A stretch of 64,000 bases of DNA from Magallana gigas. Its lineage: Eukaryota. The DNA lies in the NCBI RefSeq assembly GCF_963853765.1, contig NC_088859.1:46624001-46688000 (forward strand). The letters run 5' to 3'. Position 1 is the stretch's first letter. Every line of letters starts with the position of its first letter. Below, one piece after another: positions 24,801-38,354 of the stretch. Position numbers and translations under genes: made by a program. The notes below the pieces were generated by a model, which was not told the origin of the DNA, did not search any database, and saw only the letters and a list, made by a program, of their open reading frames with translations.

Positions 24801-27800
24801 ACTTGTTACATACATATACTGGCATATGAATGGTTATGCTGGCTTGAGCACACCATGGGCCGGATATTTAAAACATAAAATGGACAAACTTTGCAAATAT
24901 TTGTCAACACATGCCCAGCATGTCCAATCTATCCTCTCTCCATTCAACAAATAAAAATGCCCCAATTCCCCGAAATTCCTCTTTTCATAAAACTTTCGTT
25001 TATCTGATAGACACGACTGATAAAGCCTGTTACCTGGTGGAATTTTGACTGTAGACAGACCATTGATTGTTTTTGCTTAATTTCTTCCGATTTAATGAGC
25101 AAACAGATGAATGGATAAGATAGGCTGCCTGTCCTCAGGCCCTAATTCTGTAACACAGGATCAGAACAAGGAACTCTGATGGCTATACATTTGATAAGGA
25201 AACAAACAGTATAGAGTCCCACTGAATTTCCATGTAAAACACAAACAGTCTCGTTCAAAGACAAAAAATTCTCAACTTTTCTTTTAACTCCAAGCACCTC
25301 ACTTTAACGCTCCTAATTCATACATAAGCTATAAGAGTTATCCTTCATACAATTTTGGAGTTGACTTGTTATGCACATAGTATAGAAAAAATCAATCCTC
25401 AAGTCAGGTCAGGTAAAAAGAATGAAAACCTCTGCTTACGTCACATTTCCTCAAGAATGGCTATTGTTGCTGGATTCCAAGATGGGCCCCAGCAAGCTGA
25501 CAGCCTCCTGTACATAAAGGATACACCATCCCACAAAACATACCTGTAATCAGCAGGTGAAAATCAATACACATCCAACCATCTCTCCCTGGCCGTGATC
25601 AATCTCCCACCGTGTAGCTGTAACCCAGTAGAACAAACTAAGTGATAATCAGTGTTAAAACAATGCTGGACCTCTCAATACCAAACACTACCATCAACAA
25701 TTCATCATTCAAATCTTTAATAGATATTTAAATGTTGATATGCACCCTATAAAAGAATTCAATAATTGGGTAATTTATTGATCATTTGATTAAATTTTAA
25801 TTTATTACCAATACATTGCCCTAAAAGCCTTTTAAATCATATGCATCTCTAAATAAGAAATAAATATAACGAGGTTATAGATTTCCGAAGGATTATTAAC
25901 AAACCACAGTGCACATTTTTGTGTAATTTTGATACAGAAGATTATCAAGGTATATTTATAATTTAATGTAATAAAACCTTAAGTTCTGGTGATCATATAT
26001 CTAGATATACTTTACAATGCATCTTACAATACACCAACTTAATGCAGAAGTACCCACACCCACCCAACCCATGACTTTAATGTGCAACTGCCTTATACAC
26101 GTAGTTACTGTAGTAAATAGGAGTTAGTACACTTAAAACATGCAAATCAAAAAGCAGAAAGGATACATTACAATAATTAATTTCTGCTTGTAACATTATC
26201 ATGCAATTAATTTACCAGTTAAGAAAATTCATATTATGCTTCATTTTTTTTCTATGTTATAATGACTTTGGCCAAAAAAAGTAATTTATATGACAATATG
26301 AGCGATTTAAAATTGTTTATAATGGGCAAAATTAGTCATAATATATTTTGTACCTGAGGATCAAGTAGCTTCTGAGAATAGCTTACAATTTTTCAAGCAG
26401 ATTGATTCCATCATAAATACAAGAGAAATACATTGTAAGTTGTTAATATTCACCTATATAAGATCGGACATATTTTTTGGATAAAACATATGCAATGCAT
26501 TGCGGAAATGAAATATTCATGCATGCATTGTTATACATGTACCCTTAACAGTAATTTTGCTTCTAATGGAGTTTTCTTTTCTGTTTCCAAGACTAGCTAC
26601 TTTTAATATACGACAACTTTGGAGTTACTGCCCTTAGACTCCACTCATCAGTAAGAGATTAATGCCCGGCAAGTGACAGGTTCCAGCACTTTTATGGCTA
26701 GATAATTATTAAGAGTATTCTGACCTGTTTTGCTCGTGGTCAGTGTTTGACATGTTAAGTATTATCCAAACACTTGCTGGCAGTGTATACACAGATCATC
26801 ACATTATCGTATCATCACAGCTCCAGACTGTCTGAAGGTCAATCAGTAATCAATCAACCCTCACTAATATCAAAACTCATTAAAATGTAGAAGGAAAGTC
26901 AGAAGAAACAAATTACGTTGTGGCATTTCAATCCTTACTCTTTTATCAAAAAATATTTGTCAAATATCTTTTAAATACAATAGTTTTGTTCATTTGTTTT
27001 CTTAATTATCTTCATTCTTGTAATTCTAGATACTGTAATATTTTACACAAATAACAGTACGCTGTTTTGTGATTGTTCCGATTTTTATCAACTAAACATT
27101 GCAAGCACTTAATTTTTGTATTATAAATTCATGTACAATTGTGTAGTTCACTGACCATCAGAAAAATAAAAGTGGATTTTTTTAACATCCACAAGGAATA
27201 CTTATATTCTCACAATTTTGTACATTTATTAATTTCCCATGTTTCATTAGAAATCTACTATAAACAGCATTTCACAATTATCTTTCCTTAGCTGATGCAG
27301 TTCAACATAGACAAATGTGTTAGATTTGCATAATGCAATAAAAAGGTTACCAAAAAAGGTTTTTTTAAGTCTTAATAGATTTATTTCCTCAGCAAATTAT
27401 AGAGTTGGCATCAATTATTAAGATTGTTATAGTGATTATTGAATGCATAAAAGTGCTGTTTTTTATAGAATTGCTAATCAATAACAGGGGGATAAATATA
27501 TATCAGTTAGGAGAGGGTACCCAGGAATTTATTGCAGTAGATATTAATGCATCAGGGGCAATTCTATCATTTAGATACTGGTTAGGGTTCCTTATCTTAT
27601 CCATACATTACTGATGGTCAATGGAGCTGAAACTGAAAATTACAGTTTCTATGGAATAATTAAAACTATACATAAAAATAAATTACCGGTTATGATATTT
27701 ATACCAAGTGACGCCTCTTTCCAGCTCAGTATTAATGTATACCGGTACATAAATCATCAATGTATTCTAATGAGTTATATTTTATTTTATGAATGTGTGC

Positions 27801-27900
27801 AATGCTCTATGTTAGTATTCAATGAAGTAATGTCACTTATTTGAATTTAACATGTATTTTTATTTAACAACAATTTCTCTTGTAGTCATAAAATATATTG

Positions 27901-28263
27901 TTATACTTTCATGTTAAATACTGAAATCTGATTGGTTTAGACGCAGTTCATAATTTGTTCTATTACCCTCAGCGTTAGCAACGCACTTAGCAACGGGTAA
28001 CATTAAAAATTGTTACATGCGCGAAAATCATGCGCGTAAGGTTCGCCTTAGAATTCAGGTTATTCCTATCTAAAAGCAGTGATGTTTTCTTTAAAATTAA
28101 GACATTCAGTATAACAAAATAAATAATGCCTGTTTGGGAGGATAACAGTTGAAATTGACACCCCTCGAAAACAATTGTCAACCTCCGCTTTGCGTCGGTT
28201 GACAATGGTTTTCTCGGGGTGTCAATTTCAACTGTTACCCTCCCAAACAGGCACTATTTATAT
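27901..28263 (+). mobile_element. Long-palindrome non-autonomous element, copy B (complete hairpin of about 140 bp)
   Basis: Same family as 4946-5290. The hairpin spans about 28123-28260 with apex CCTCCGCTTTGCGTCGG. Confidence 0.85.
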
Positions 28264-28296
28264 ACTGTTAACGTATTATATTTGGCGTGTATGATA

Positions 28297-28516
28297 CTGT
28301 AAACCAACATTTATTCGCAGTGACTTTATTTACCGATTTACTTCAAATAAACTGGTTCGCAACGACTAAAGTTCGCGACCAAGAGTTATCCAGACCCGTA
28401 TTTTGTTATAACAATCATACGATAAAGACTGGTTCGCAGCGTGAAATAATCGTGACAACAAGGCTCTCGCGAACCTCGCAAAAATTTCTTGCACTCAAAT
28501 AAAAGTAGGTTTACAG
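28297..28516. mobile_element. TA-flanked CTGTA...TACAG MITE inserted next to palindrome element B
   Basis: It has a TA TSD and imperfect TIRs of about 21 bp (ctgtaaaccaacatttattcg versus ctgtaaacctacttttatttg). Confidence 0.75.
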
Positions 28517-29404
28517 TATTTAGCGAAAATGTGAAAATTCTTATATGCATGACATTTAGCGATGTACTTCATTTAACAGAAGACACATTCTGCCTATTGC
28601 GCTAAATAAAATACACAGCCAAATGTAGCATGTTTACAGTAAACCCAATGCTAATGTCCAAACATCAAACACTACAAATTCTAGGTATCAGTAAGGATTT
28701 TTGATGATAGATACCTGTAGGGCCACACCAATATAATTTCTTGTTCGTCAGACACCGCGCTCGTTTTTAAATAAAACTATACAAATGATATTATTATTAA
28801 TTTCCCACATCCTGGAAATTTCGACAAACTAAAAATTATGTTGGTGTGGCTTAAATGCTTTTTACCATACAAATATTGACTACTGGTAATCTACTTGGTA
28901 AATGAAGGAGGGACCATTCATAACACTGCATGCTTACTTGAAAAAAAATTCATCAGAAAATGTTTGTTTCCCTCGTTCAATTTTCTTGTTATGAAACTTT
29001 GATCTCAGAGAAAGGATGCTCAATTTGGAAAAAATTCAATCTATAAATTCTAAACAGAATTGTCTAGATTTGAAAACTCTTGGTACAGGTGAGCTAATAA
29101 TAGATAAATGAATATTAAATAGACTCACACAATTATGTAAAGAAAAACTTTACAGCACTATAAGTCTACAAGTCTAATTATTGCAAAATTATTATATAGG
29201 TCTCTGATTCTGATATCACCAACTCAAAATGAATATGATATTTGTACCACCTATCAATAAGGTGATATCATCTTGGTAAAAAGGGATGTTACCATTAACA
29301 TAGAATAGGTGATCACTTATCTATATAGGTGATGGTGATAATGTCTACTGAAATAAGTGCATGGTATCACAAAATAGCAATACATGCAAAAAACTGACTC
29401 ATAC

Positions 29405-29552
29405 CTCATAAACATTATTCAGTGGACCTCCGTCATTCAGTGGACCTCTGTTAGAGTGTTGACAGGACCTCAGTGATGACAGCTATCAAACACCTGCACT
29501 TCACCAAGTATCAATTAGCTTTCAAGAAGTGTATTATTTCAATCTTTTTGGG
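29405..29552 (-). other. Probable non-coding 5'UTR exon of the myosin gene
   Basis: It has a strong acceptor (gttttgttttgcag) and a strong donor (GAG|gtatga), stops in all three frames, and lies on the myosin strand upstream of the ATG exon (20048-20137). Confidence 0.5.
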
Positions 29553-30471
29553 CTGCAAAACAAAACAGAATTCAAAGCTCATTATATTATGAACTTATGA
29601 TTAAAGAGCCATTGGTTAAATTTTCAGTTTATAAACATTGCTTCCCTTCGATTTTATATATATATATATAACTTTAAGTTGTTGGCAATTTTTGTCAATT
29701 ACATCTTGAACTCCATAAAACGTATTCTAGAAGATATGATTTAATATTATGTTGTTTATTTGAAATAAAGAACAAAAAATAAATCAACATATTAAATTGT
29801 TTTTTAAAAAATTCAGGAGGACTTTTACCCCCTCCATCCCCAAGATAAACCATCCCTAGGTAATCCTCAAACCCACAAGCATCGACTTCTAGATATGCCA
29901 CTGTAAACCTAGCTTTTAATTAGCTAAAGGGGCAAACAACTTAAATATGGCAATATTTTAAATCTTGCCAACAACTAATTTTTGACTGAAATGTATAATT
30001 CTGGTGAAAAACATTAAAATAAGAGTGCATGGCTGGATATTGAAAAGAATAATGACTTCGATCAGACAGCAAATTAAACTATCTGCTTTTATGAGTTTGT
30101 TTTCATTCATTAATATATATGTAATATCTTGAAAGGAGCTGTTATTTTATTATAAAAAATGCTCTCCATTAACAAAAGAACTAACTTATAGATGGCAATG
30201 GTTCACTGTATCACCCCCCCCCCCCCCCCCCCTTGCCGCTGCCCACTTCCGTTTTTTTTTTTAGAACATGTAAAAATTTACAAATGACAATAATGTAGAA
30301 TTTTTTATAAGGTATATGTAGTCTGCATGCACCCACCTACCCCCCCCCCCCCCCACCCCTTCCTCCAACGGATTAGAATTTGAAGATTTGTGAATAGATT
30401 TTTGTTTATGTAAGTTGTAAAATATGCTAATAGTGAATCAAATGATAATTTTTTTAAATAAAAAATAAAAC

Positions 30472-31125
30472 TATGGTACGTGGCATACTTCTGCCCCTTA
30501 CTTGCAAGTTACATTTCTATCAAATATGTCTATATGATAAATAGTAGACATGAACGATAGTTATGCCAACATGCAAAATATTAACTATGTTGACATGCAG
30601 GAAATGGGAAAAAAAATCAAATAACTTCCATTATGCTAGATGCTACTTATTTAATGTCGATATGCAACATGTTTATATGTTTACATGCAAGATAAATATG
30701 TTGACGTGCAACTTATCTACGTCGACATATAACTTATTTGTTAACATATTTCAATTTAGTTATGTTTACTTGCAAGATAAATATGTTGACATTCAACTTT
30801 TGTATGTCGACATGCTACTTTTTTATGCTGACATGCATTTATAAATAATTATTCATGTTGACATGCATCTAATTTATGCTGACAGAACTAACGTTATATT
30901 AATTTATCTTGCATGTCAACATAAGTATAGAATCTAGCATGTTGGAAGTCACATGTGGCGATATTTAGGTTTTTTAAAATAGATTTTAAAAAATTTTGAA
31001 CACACCTATTCAGCTGCTATTGTTGTGCAACACTATCTTGCATGTCAATTAATATTAAGCTCGCAAGTCGACATATTTGATAGAAAAATAACTTGCACTC
31101 AAGGGGGGGGGGGGATGCCACCATA
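30472..31125. mobile_element. Older IS3EU-like MITE with internal GTYGACAT repeats
   Basis: Termini are TATGG...CCATA with imperfect TIRs (tggcat...cccctt...gcaagtta). The TSD is not intact (taaaac versus aaaaag). Confidence 0.6.
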
Positions 31126-31626
31126 AAAAAGAGCCTTTCTATGACACTTGATTGAAACATAAATAATATGGGTTTTTTTATAATGTAAAGTTAAACTCAT
31201 ACTTTATTTTATTTCATCTTGACACATTCCTCAAAATTTAAAACACGTCATTTCCCGCGAAACTTACACCTGAGAAATTAATTTCATCCAAAGATTGATA
31301 TGTAACAATGCAATGACATAAAGTTGATAAAGCATTAACCAATTACATTGTGAATTATATATTTCAAAGGGAAATAATATCATTCTTGTCTCGTTTTGCA
31401 GTTTTACCCTCTTTGACTAGTTGAGTTCGTCCAAAGAAAGTTCCAATTTGTCATATTAACTCGATCGTTGGTTATATTTTCATAATAATTCACCATAGCT
31501 ATGTTTTACAAAATATGCTACATATTCTAATTTGTTTTTAATGCTTTTACTATCTTTATTGTATCCACTGAAACGTCTTCTTCAAGAATGGTTTTCTCCA
31601 CGAGTTGGCAAAAATCTACAGAGACC

Positions 31627-31644
31627 GAAAGTGAAAATGAAAGT
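31627..31644 (+). promoter_or_regulatory. IRF-element/ISRE-like motif GAAAGT-GAAAAT-GAAAGT at the probable promoter of the JmjC gene
   Basis: Three tandem GAAANN hexamers sit about 90 nt upstream of a good donor (ACT|gtaaga at 31737/31738) that would close a non-coding first exon spliced to the acceptor at 32240/32241. Confidence 0.45.
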
Positions 31645-32250
31645 AAAGCAACATGTGTCCATGTTTACATCTATCATGATCATCATTTCTAATGATTTAT
31701 GATTTGCTGTGAACTAGCTGAGTAAAAGAAAGTCACTGTAAGATATTATAGATTGTTTGTGCATAATAATTTGATGTATAATTAAAATTTGAGTCAGAAA
31801 GAACATATATAATTGTAATGAACGGGTTGGGCACCGTTTGGTGGTTTGATTCCCATTTGCTGGTTAAATGCCTGAATTGTATACCTATTTTACCCACCAA
31901 ATGGGACTTATTTTTCCTTCAACTTGGATTACGTTTTTCTTGAGAAAAAGTGCCTCTTGTTAAGGTGATTCATTTTTAGTCTGATTACAGCACATAAAAT
32001 CTTGAACTATATAGTTTTTGACTGATTTATAAATTTCCTTACTCATTCTGTGGAATGGAGGGATGTTTTGGTTTTTATTATTTTTTTTTTTTTGGTTTGT
32101 TTGTTTGTTGTTGTTTTGGGGTTTTTTTGCCATTGATCTATACAAAACCAAAACTTGTATTCACCTGGGATAAACATTTATCTCCCAGAAGGTAGCTGAT
32201 GAAAATATGTTTATTGTATTTTTCTTTTTCAATTTACAAGGAAACTTTCA

Positions 32251-35200
32251 ATGATGAGTGTTTGTGAACAGGAAGAAGCTGCTGAGATGATTTCAGAATG
32301 GCCTGTGATTGAACAAGAAGTTCATGTACCCGGTATGATTTAAAGGATATAATATCATATGCAATGAACCAATAAAAAAAACTATAGTACAGTTAAACCT
32401 CGTTATCTCAAACTAGATGGGACTGGTTAGAAACTTTGAGATATCTGAGTATTTGAGATATCAAGGGTAAAATACTTATACATGTAGTATTAATGGTTGG
32501 GACTTACAGTACAAATCACTTTGACATATCCATTCCCTTATATTCGAGATATCGGTGTTCAAGATACCGAAGTTCAACTGTAATTTAAAAAGTTTCAAAC
32601 AATTTTTTCACCAAAAATAATATCAATTGCACTTTTTTCTGTCTAGTGAAGAAATCAAGTAACTCTGTACCTTTGACAAAAAGGAAACACAAGGTAGAGG
32701 AGGAGAATGGTGTTCAGTCTTTTAAAACAAAGAGAGCACATACTTTATGTACTAGTAACTTGGAGGAACCATTAGTGAAGGTAGCTGTGGCAAAATGGTG
32801 GAGGAGACAGCCTCAGGAAGTGAAAAATCATTACACAGATAACCTACCTTTTAGTGAAAATTCTGATACTGTGCTTGCAGGAATTATGAGGTGAACACAG
32901 CTTTCTTGATAACACACATGCACATGTGTGTGTGCTTACATTACAGTCTAAAAACAGAAACATTTTTCCTTCTCTTTTTCAAGATGCAAATTCATAATTT
33001 TTTATATAGTTGTTTTTTTGGTTTTTTTTCAAGTACTTAGTTATAAATTATGTTCGGAAACATAGATTCTACGGCTAAAGAAATGATACTGGTATGTAAG
33101 TTTTGTAGTACTGTATTTATGACAAAAAACTTTATATGAAGAAGAAATAATTGTTTATTTCAGACTAGAGATAACACAGTCCTTCATGCTGTCAGAGGTA
33201 ACAAGACTAAAGGACATTATAAAGATTAATGGCCCTAGCTCCGATGTCCAGGCAGCTCTTGGCTCGTTTTTTGAGAAACTCAGAGACTTTGATTCTGCCA
33301 AACACCATCTTGAAAAGGCTGTTTTACTGAATAGTGATAATCCAGGTTTTTTGAAATTTACTCATCTTCTGAACAATTCTGATCCGTACTTTATACTGTA
33401 TTTTAGAAACTTCAATGAAACAAACAAACCTGAGTTTTATTTTTTTGTCTTGCTTAAGATTCTGAACACAAATGGCTTCTAGGGAGAGTCAGCAAGCAGG
33501 TCAAAGTTCAGAGAGACCAAAGGTCAGCCTTGCACAGTCTTCCTTCATCGTCCAATTTGTCCATGCCAGTATATCAGAAAGTAAGCATAGGCCAATATTA
33601 TTTGCAAAAATCATACAGCTATAAAAGAAAATTACGGTAGTCCACAAGATTTTTCTTCATACCAGTATGTCTATAAGAATACCTCCAATTCAATCTGTCT
33701 GTAACACTTCCTTTTATTTTTAAACTTTTACATGCAGCTTCCAAGTGTAGTTATAAATGTTTAGCAATGAAATGCACAAGTAAAGATAATATATTTCTTA
33801 GTTAACACAAACAATGTTATTACCTGACTAATAAATGTAATAATACTGTAAGTCGTTTTAATTCCACGGTGTTAAAATTTCATGATTTCTTTTAAAGTAC
33901 CAATCGTGATGGTTTTAATTTCACACTGCTTCAAAATCAATTGAGCAGAATATAAGCATTGAAACGTTTTTGAAAACTAATGATAGTTTTCACGATGGGT
34001 TTAATTTCGTGGGAAAATATAAAATTCCGAACATAGTGAAATTAAAACCATCGTGATTATTTGCCAATCTACAGTAATAGATTGATGTTCATATTGCAGG
34101 TGGACAGAGTGTCGGCTGAGGACCTGACCTCAGAGAGGTTTTATGAGGAGTATTCCTCCAAACAGAGGCCAGTCATCATCACCGGCCTCAGAGTCACTGG
34201 CTCCCCCATGTCTCCACAGGACATCAAAACACACGCAGGTCAGAAATCTTTATAGTGTTTCCTATTTCTTTGTGCTTCTATTGGAAATTTGTTCAAAAAT
34301 TGCTCTCAAAGTTGTGTTTTAAATGATATATCAAAAATGATGGATTATCATAATATAATTGTTATACTGAAATCATATTTTTATTCGTTATCTTGCTAGA
34401 TTTAGGCCTATTATGGTACTCTTTAACTATTTTATAATTCTAGGAGACTGTGTTGTAACCTTAAAACATTCAGTACAGAACTCTTGTGAATGGGCACGGC
34501 TAGAAAACAAAGAAAAGATAACTGTGTCAGATTATATCGACCGGATAGAGGGCTTAGATGACGAAAGTCAATTGGACAGAAACGCAAGTCCAGGATACTT
34601 GTTTGATTGGAGCCTCCCAATCCACTGCCCTAGGCTCGTGGAGAAGATAAGGATACCAAGGTATTTTGCTGGTAAGACAACAATGAGTGTAAAAAAAAAA
34701 TTGCTTTTACTTTGTCATAAAATGTTATTGAAAATTTTCTTTCAATAACATTTTATGACAAAGTAAAATGTTATTGAAAATTTTCTTTGCCAAAGTAATT
34801 GTAATCCAAATCCATGTTCAATTCATTCTGAATTCAAAATACAATTGAATATAGTGTCCTCATGGTATAACAAGCTCGGATATTACGAGGTACTGCATAC
34901 AATGAGTTGACTTTTTATAAAATGAAAAATAAAATGATTTATAAATTATATTTATTTCATTATCGCATATGCTTATAAATGTTATTTGAAATGTAAAAAA
35001 AGTAAACAATGATCATGTGTCACCTTGGGAATTTCCAACCTCAGATATATAACGAGTATCGGCTATAACAAGAAATAAAATGATGTCCCGAGCATCTCGT
35101 TATACCCGGAGGCCACTGTACATTAAACTGTATGCTTAAATGATTCAACCATATTATATTATGCCTTCATCTCATTTGCATGCAATCTGAAACTTAAAGT

Positions 35201-36329
35201 GACTTACTGTCAATGATTATAAATGAGCTAATCTGTCCCATTGCAAGTGATAGACCTTTTGTAAGGAGGAGGTAATTACATATTTAAAGATATTGAATCA
35301 TCCAATAAGCAAGTGCTTTTCTCTTAAATGACACTGCCTGTCTCCTAGGTGACTTTCTTCAGAGGACCAGCGAGGGGTCATTGTACAGAGACAGCTGGCC
35401 CAGTCTGTTTGTTGCCCCTGCAGGCCTCTGTAGTGAACTCCATGTGGACGCTTTTGGATCCAACTTTTGGATGGCGGTGTTTCAGGGCTCTAAAAGGTGC
35501 AAGAACTTTATAGAATAGATGAAGATTGAATCAATTTTTCTAGGATGTTCATAAACTAAAATATAAATTTTACAATATCATGTTAGGTATTCTTACATTC
35601 ATTTATCTCTCTCTATATACTAGTATACTATTACATGTAACTAAAACTGAGTTGACTTTGGTATGTAGATGGGTGTTCTTCCCACAATCTGATCTTCCCT
35701 ACCTCTACCCCCAGTACCCAAACAGTATGGATCCCGTGTTTGAGGCAGACATCAGGAATCCTAATCTTGAAAATCAGCCATTGCTACACCTAACTCACCC
35801 CTCAGAGTGCATTCTTAGTGAAGGTCTGTATAGCACACAAGTTAATTCTTTACAAAATTGTTAATATTTTCTTTCTTGAAGATGTGACTATCCATAAAGA
35901 TGACTTTTTGAAGACACAGCATTCAAAAGCCATAGTTATCATGCAAGCCCTCTCAAAGTGTGTAGATCTTCCCTGCTAAAGAGTAATACCAGTTATTTTG
36001 AGTAGTTTCTTTTCTTAATGTAAATCCCTGTTACCGGTAATTTGTCTTGTGATACAGTCTACATGATTTTTTGAAATTCTATTTCAGGAGAAGTTTTGTT
36101 TGTACCAGCGGGCTGCCCACACAGAGTGGAGAACCTGACAAAGAGTGTTGCCATCTCTGCCAATTTTGTTGACTTATCAAACTGGGACAATGTTCTAGAA
36201 GAACTTGAATTGAATGCCCTTGTAGACCCTAGATCCCAGGATTTGTTGCAGCAGTTCACATCACTTACATTTGACAAAAAAATGAAATTCTACAATAGTG
36301 AAATCCCATGGTCAGAATTTAAAAGCTGA
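32251..36329 (+). CDS. JmjC (cupin-fold) Fe(II)/2-oxoglutarate oxygenase of the JMJD4/6/8-like group with an N-terminal TPR-like helix pair, 513 aa
   Basis: Exons: 32251-32332, 32647-32890, 33164-33345, 33459-33580, 34100-34238, 34444-34671, 35349-35496, 35669-35823, 36088-36329. All are phase-consistent, though the exon 3 donor G|gttttt is weak. Motifs: VDRVSAEDLTSERFYEEYSSKQRPVIITGL, GYLFDWSL, WPSLFVAPAG, metal ligands LHVD and GEVLFVPAGCPHRVENL, GSKRWVFF. The TPR-like segment is DVQAALGSFFEKLRDFDSAKHHLEKAVLLNSDN. Confidence 0.9.
32390..32580. mobile_element. Tc1/Mariner (pogo/Tigger-like) MITE in the first coding intron of the JmjC gene
   Basis: TA + CAGTTAAACCTCGTTATCTC ... AAGATACCGAAGTTCAACTG + TA. 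Confidence 0.8.
33846..34074. mobile_element. TA-flanked CTGTA...TACAG MITE in a JmjC intron
   Basis: It has TA flanks, CTGTA/TACAG termini and repeated ttttaatttc.cg motifs in inverted orientation. Confidence 0.55.
34852..35120. mobile_element. Degenerate pogo/Tigger-like MITE in a JmjC intron
   Basis: The inverted ends are agtgtcctc..gtataacaagctcgg and ccgagcatctcgttatacccggaggccactgta. Confidence 0.55.
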
Positions 36330-36478
36330 CGTACTTAATTTCTATGCAACCTTTTTTTTAATTAAATTTTTATTATTATATAAATGTTGAGTTTATTTTC
36401 AAAGGGACCAGTTTTTAGCTCACCGAGACGAAGTCAGGGGGAGCTTATGCTATACCCTCGGCGTCGGCGTCCGGACCT

Positions 36479-37760
36479 GGTTAAAGTTTTTGTTGCAGGT
36501 CCTGTATCTAAGCTATTACTTGTCCTATCTTCACCAAACTTGCATGGATGATGCATCTGGACCTACTTATGGACTTGAAAGACTTGGATGCTGAATCTGA
36601 GTCCTAAATTTCAGATGCTGGAGGAGGTTAAGGTTGTTGGACCAGGTTAAAGTTTTTGTTGCAGGTGCCCTCTGTTAGCAATATCTAAGTTACTGCAGGT
36701 CCGTACTTCACCAAACTTGCATGGATGGTGTGTCTTATGATACTGATGCACCAGACAGGCTTGAGTGCTGAATCTGAGCTATAGGTTTTGGATGCTGGAG
36801 GAGGTTAAGGTTTTTGGACCAGGTTAAAGTTTTTGTTGCAGGTGCCCTTTGATAGCAATATCTAAGTTACTGCAGGTCTGTACTTCACCAAACTTGCATG
36901 GATGGTGTGTCTTATGATACTGATGCACCAGGCAGGCTTGGGTGCTGAATCTGAGCTATAGGTTTCGGATGCTGGAGGAGGTTAAAGTTTTTAGAGCTGG
37001 TTAAAGTTTTTGAAACAGGTGCCCTCTGATGATTATATCTTGGTTACTACTTGTCCTAACTTCACCAGACTTCCATGGATGGTGCGTCTTATGATACTGA
37101 TGCACCAGACAGGCTTGAATGCTGAATCTGAGCCATAGGTTTCGGATGCTGAAGGAGGTTAAGGTTTTTAGAGCTGGTTAAAGTTTTTGAAACAGGTGCC
37201 CTCTGATGATTATATCTTAGTTATTACTTGTCCTAACTTCACCAGACTTCCATGGATGGTGCGTCTTATGATACTGATGCACCTGACAGGTTTGAATGCT
37301 GAGTCTGAGCCATAGGTTTCAGATGCTGGATATGGTTAAGTTTTTTGGAACAGGTCACATGTTTAATAGATAATAGTACTTTTTCAAACTTGCATAGTTG
37401 ATTAAACTGTAGTATGAATGAATCACAGAGGAAGCTTCAGATGCAGAGCTTGATCTCCATAATCAAGGATGCTAAAAAATATATCTTAGTTATTACAGGT
37501 CCTAACTTCACCAAACTTGAATGGATGGTGTGTCTTATGATACAGATGCACCTGACAGGCATGGATGTTGAATCTGAGCCATAGGTTGCAGATGCTGGAG
37601 CAGGTTAAGGTTTTAATTGCTAGTGCCCTCTGATGATGATATCTTAGTTATTACTGGTCTGAACTTCACCAAACTTGCATGGAGATGCGTCTTATGTATA
37701 CTGATGCACCTGACAGGCTTGAATGCTGAATCTGAGCCATAGGTTTCGGATGCTGGATGA
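36479..37760 (+). repeat. Tandem satellite-like array, about 177-bp monomer (first unit 166 bp), about 7 units, degenerating rightwards
   Basis: The anchor GGTTAAAGTTTTTG recurs at 36479, 36645, 36822, 36999 and 37176. Confidence 0.9.
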
Positions 37761-38354
37761 GGTTTAGTTTTTTTGGAACAGGTCACATGTTTTATAGATG
37801 ATAGCTTGCATAGTTGATTTAACTATATTATAAATGAAACGCAGAGGTTGCTTCAGATGCAGAGCCTGATCTCCATTATCCAGGATGCTAAAAAAATCTC
37901 CTACCTCACTCAAACCTGCTCGATAGATAGATGTGTTTGTTGATAAATGATATAACATGATTCCTATGATAAAGTATTGTATGGTATGAAACAATATTGT
38001 TTAATATGATACAATATAATACCATATGTAATATTATTAAAAGTTATATGATATGATATGATATTGTAAATTTTTTTTTGATATTTTATGTTATGATATT
38101 GTATCATGATATTGTTATGTATAGTATTGTATATTATGATACAATATTGTATAATATTATATTGTATTTTTAATTTATTATTTAATCACATGATACTATT
38201 ACATAAGCTATTGCAATTTATAATATATTGTATCCTATGATACTATATTGTATATTCTATAATATGTATCATACGATTTTGTATAATATGATATTAGTTT
38301 CTGTAAAAAAGAATTATATCACATGGAATTGTATAATATGATACTGTTATATTA

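Noticed and set aside
33033-33091. Exon-like segment in JmjC intron 2 (MFGNIDSTAKEMIL|gtatgt)
   Set aside because: The available acceptors give stops in the required phase, and the flanking exons already join in frame without it.
36479-37760. Regular repeats as a possible CRISPR array (also 17575-18400)
   Set aside because: The units are contiguous tandem monomers with no unique spacers, there are no cas genes, and the context is eukaryotic.
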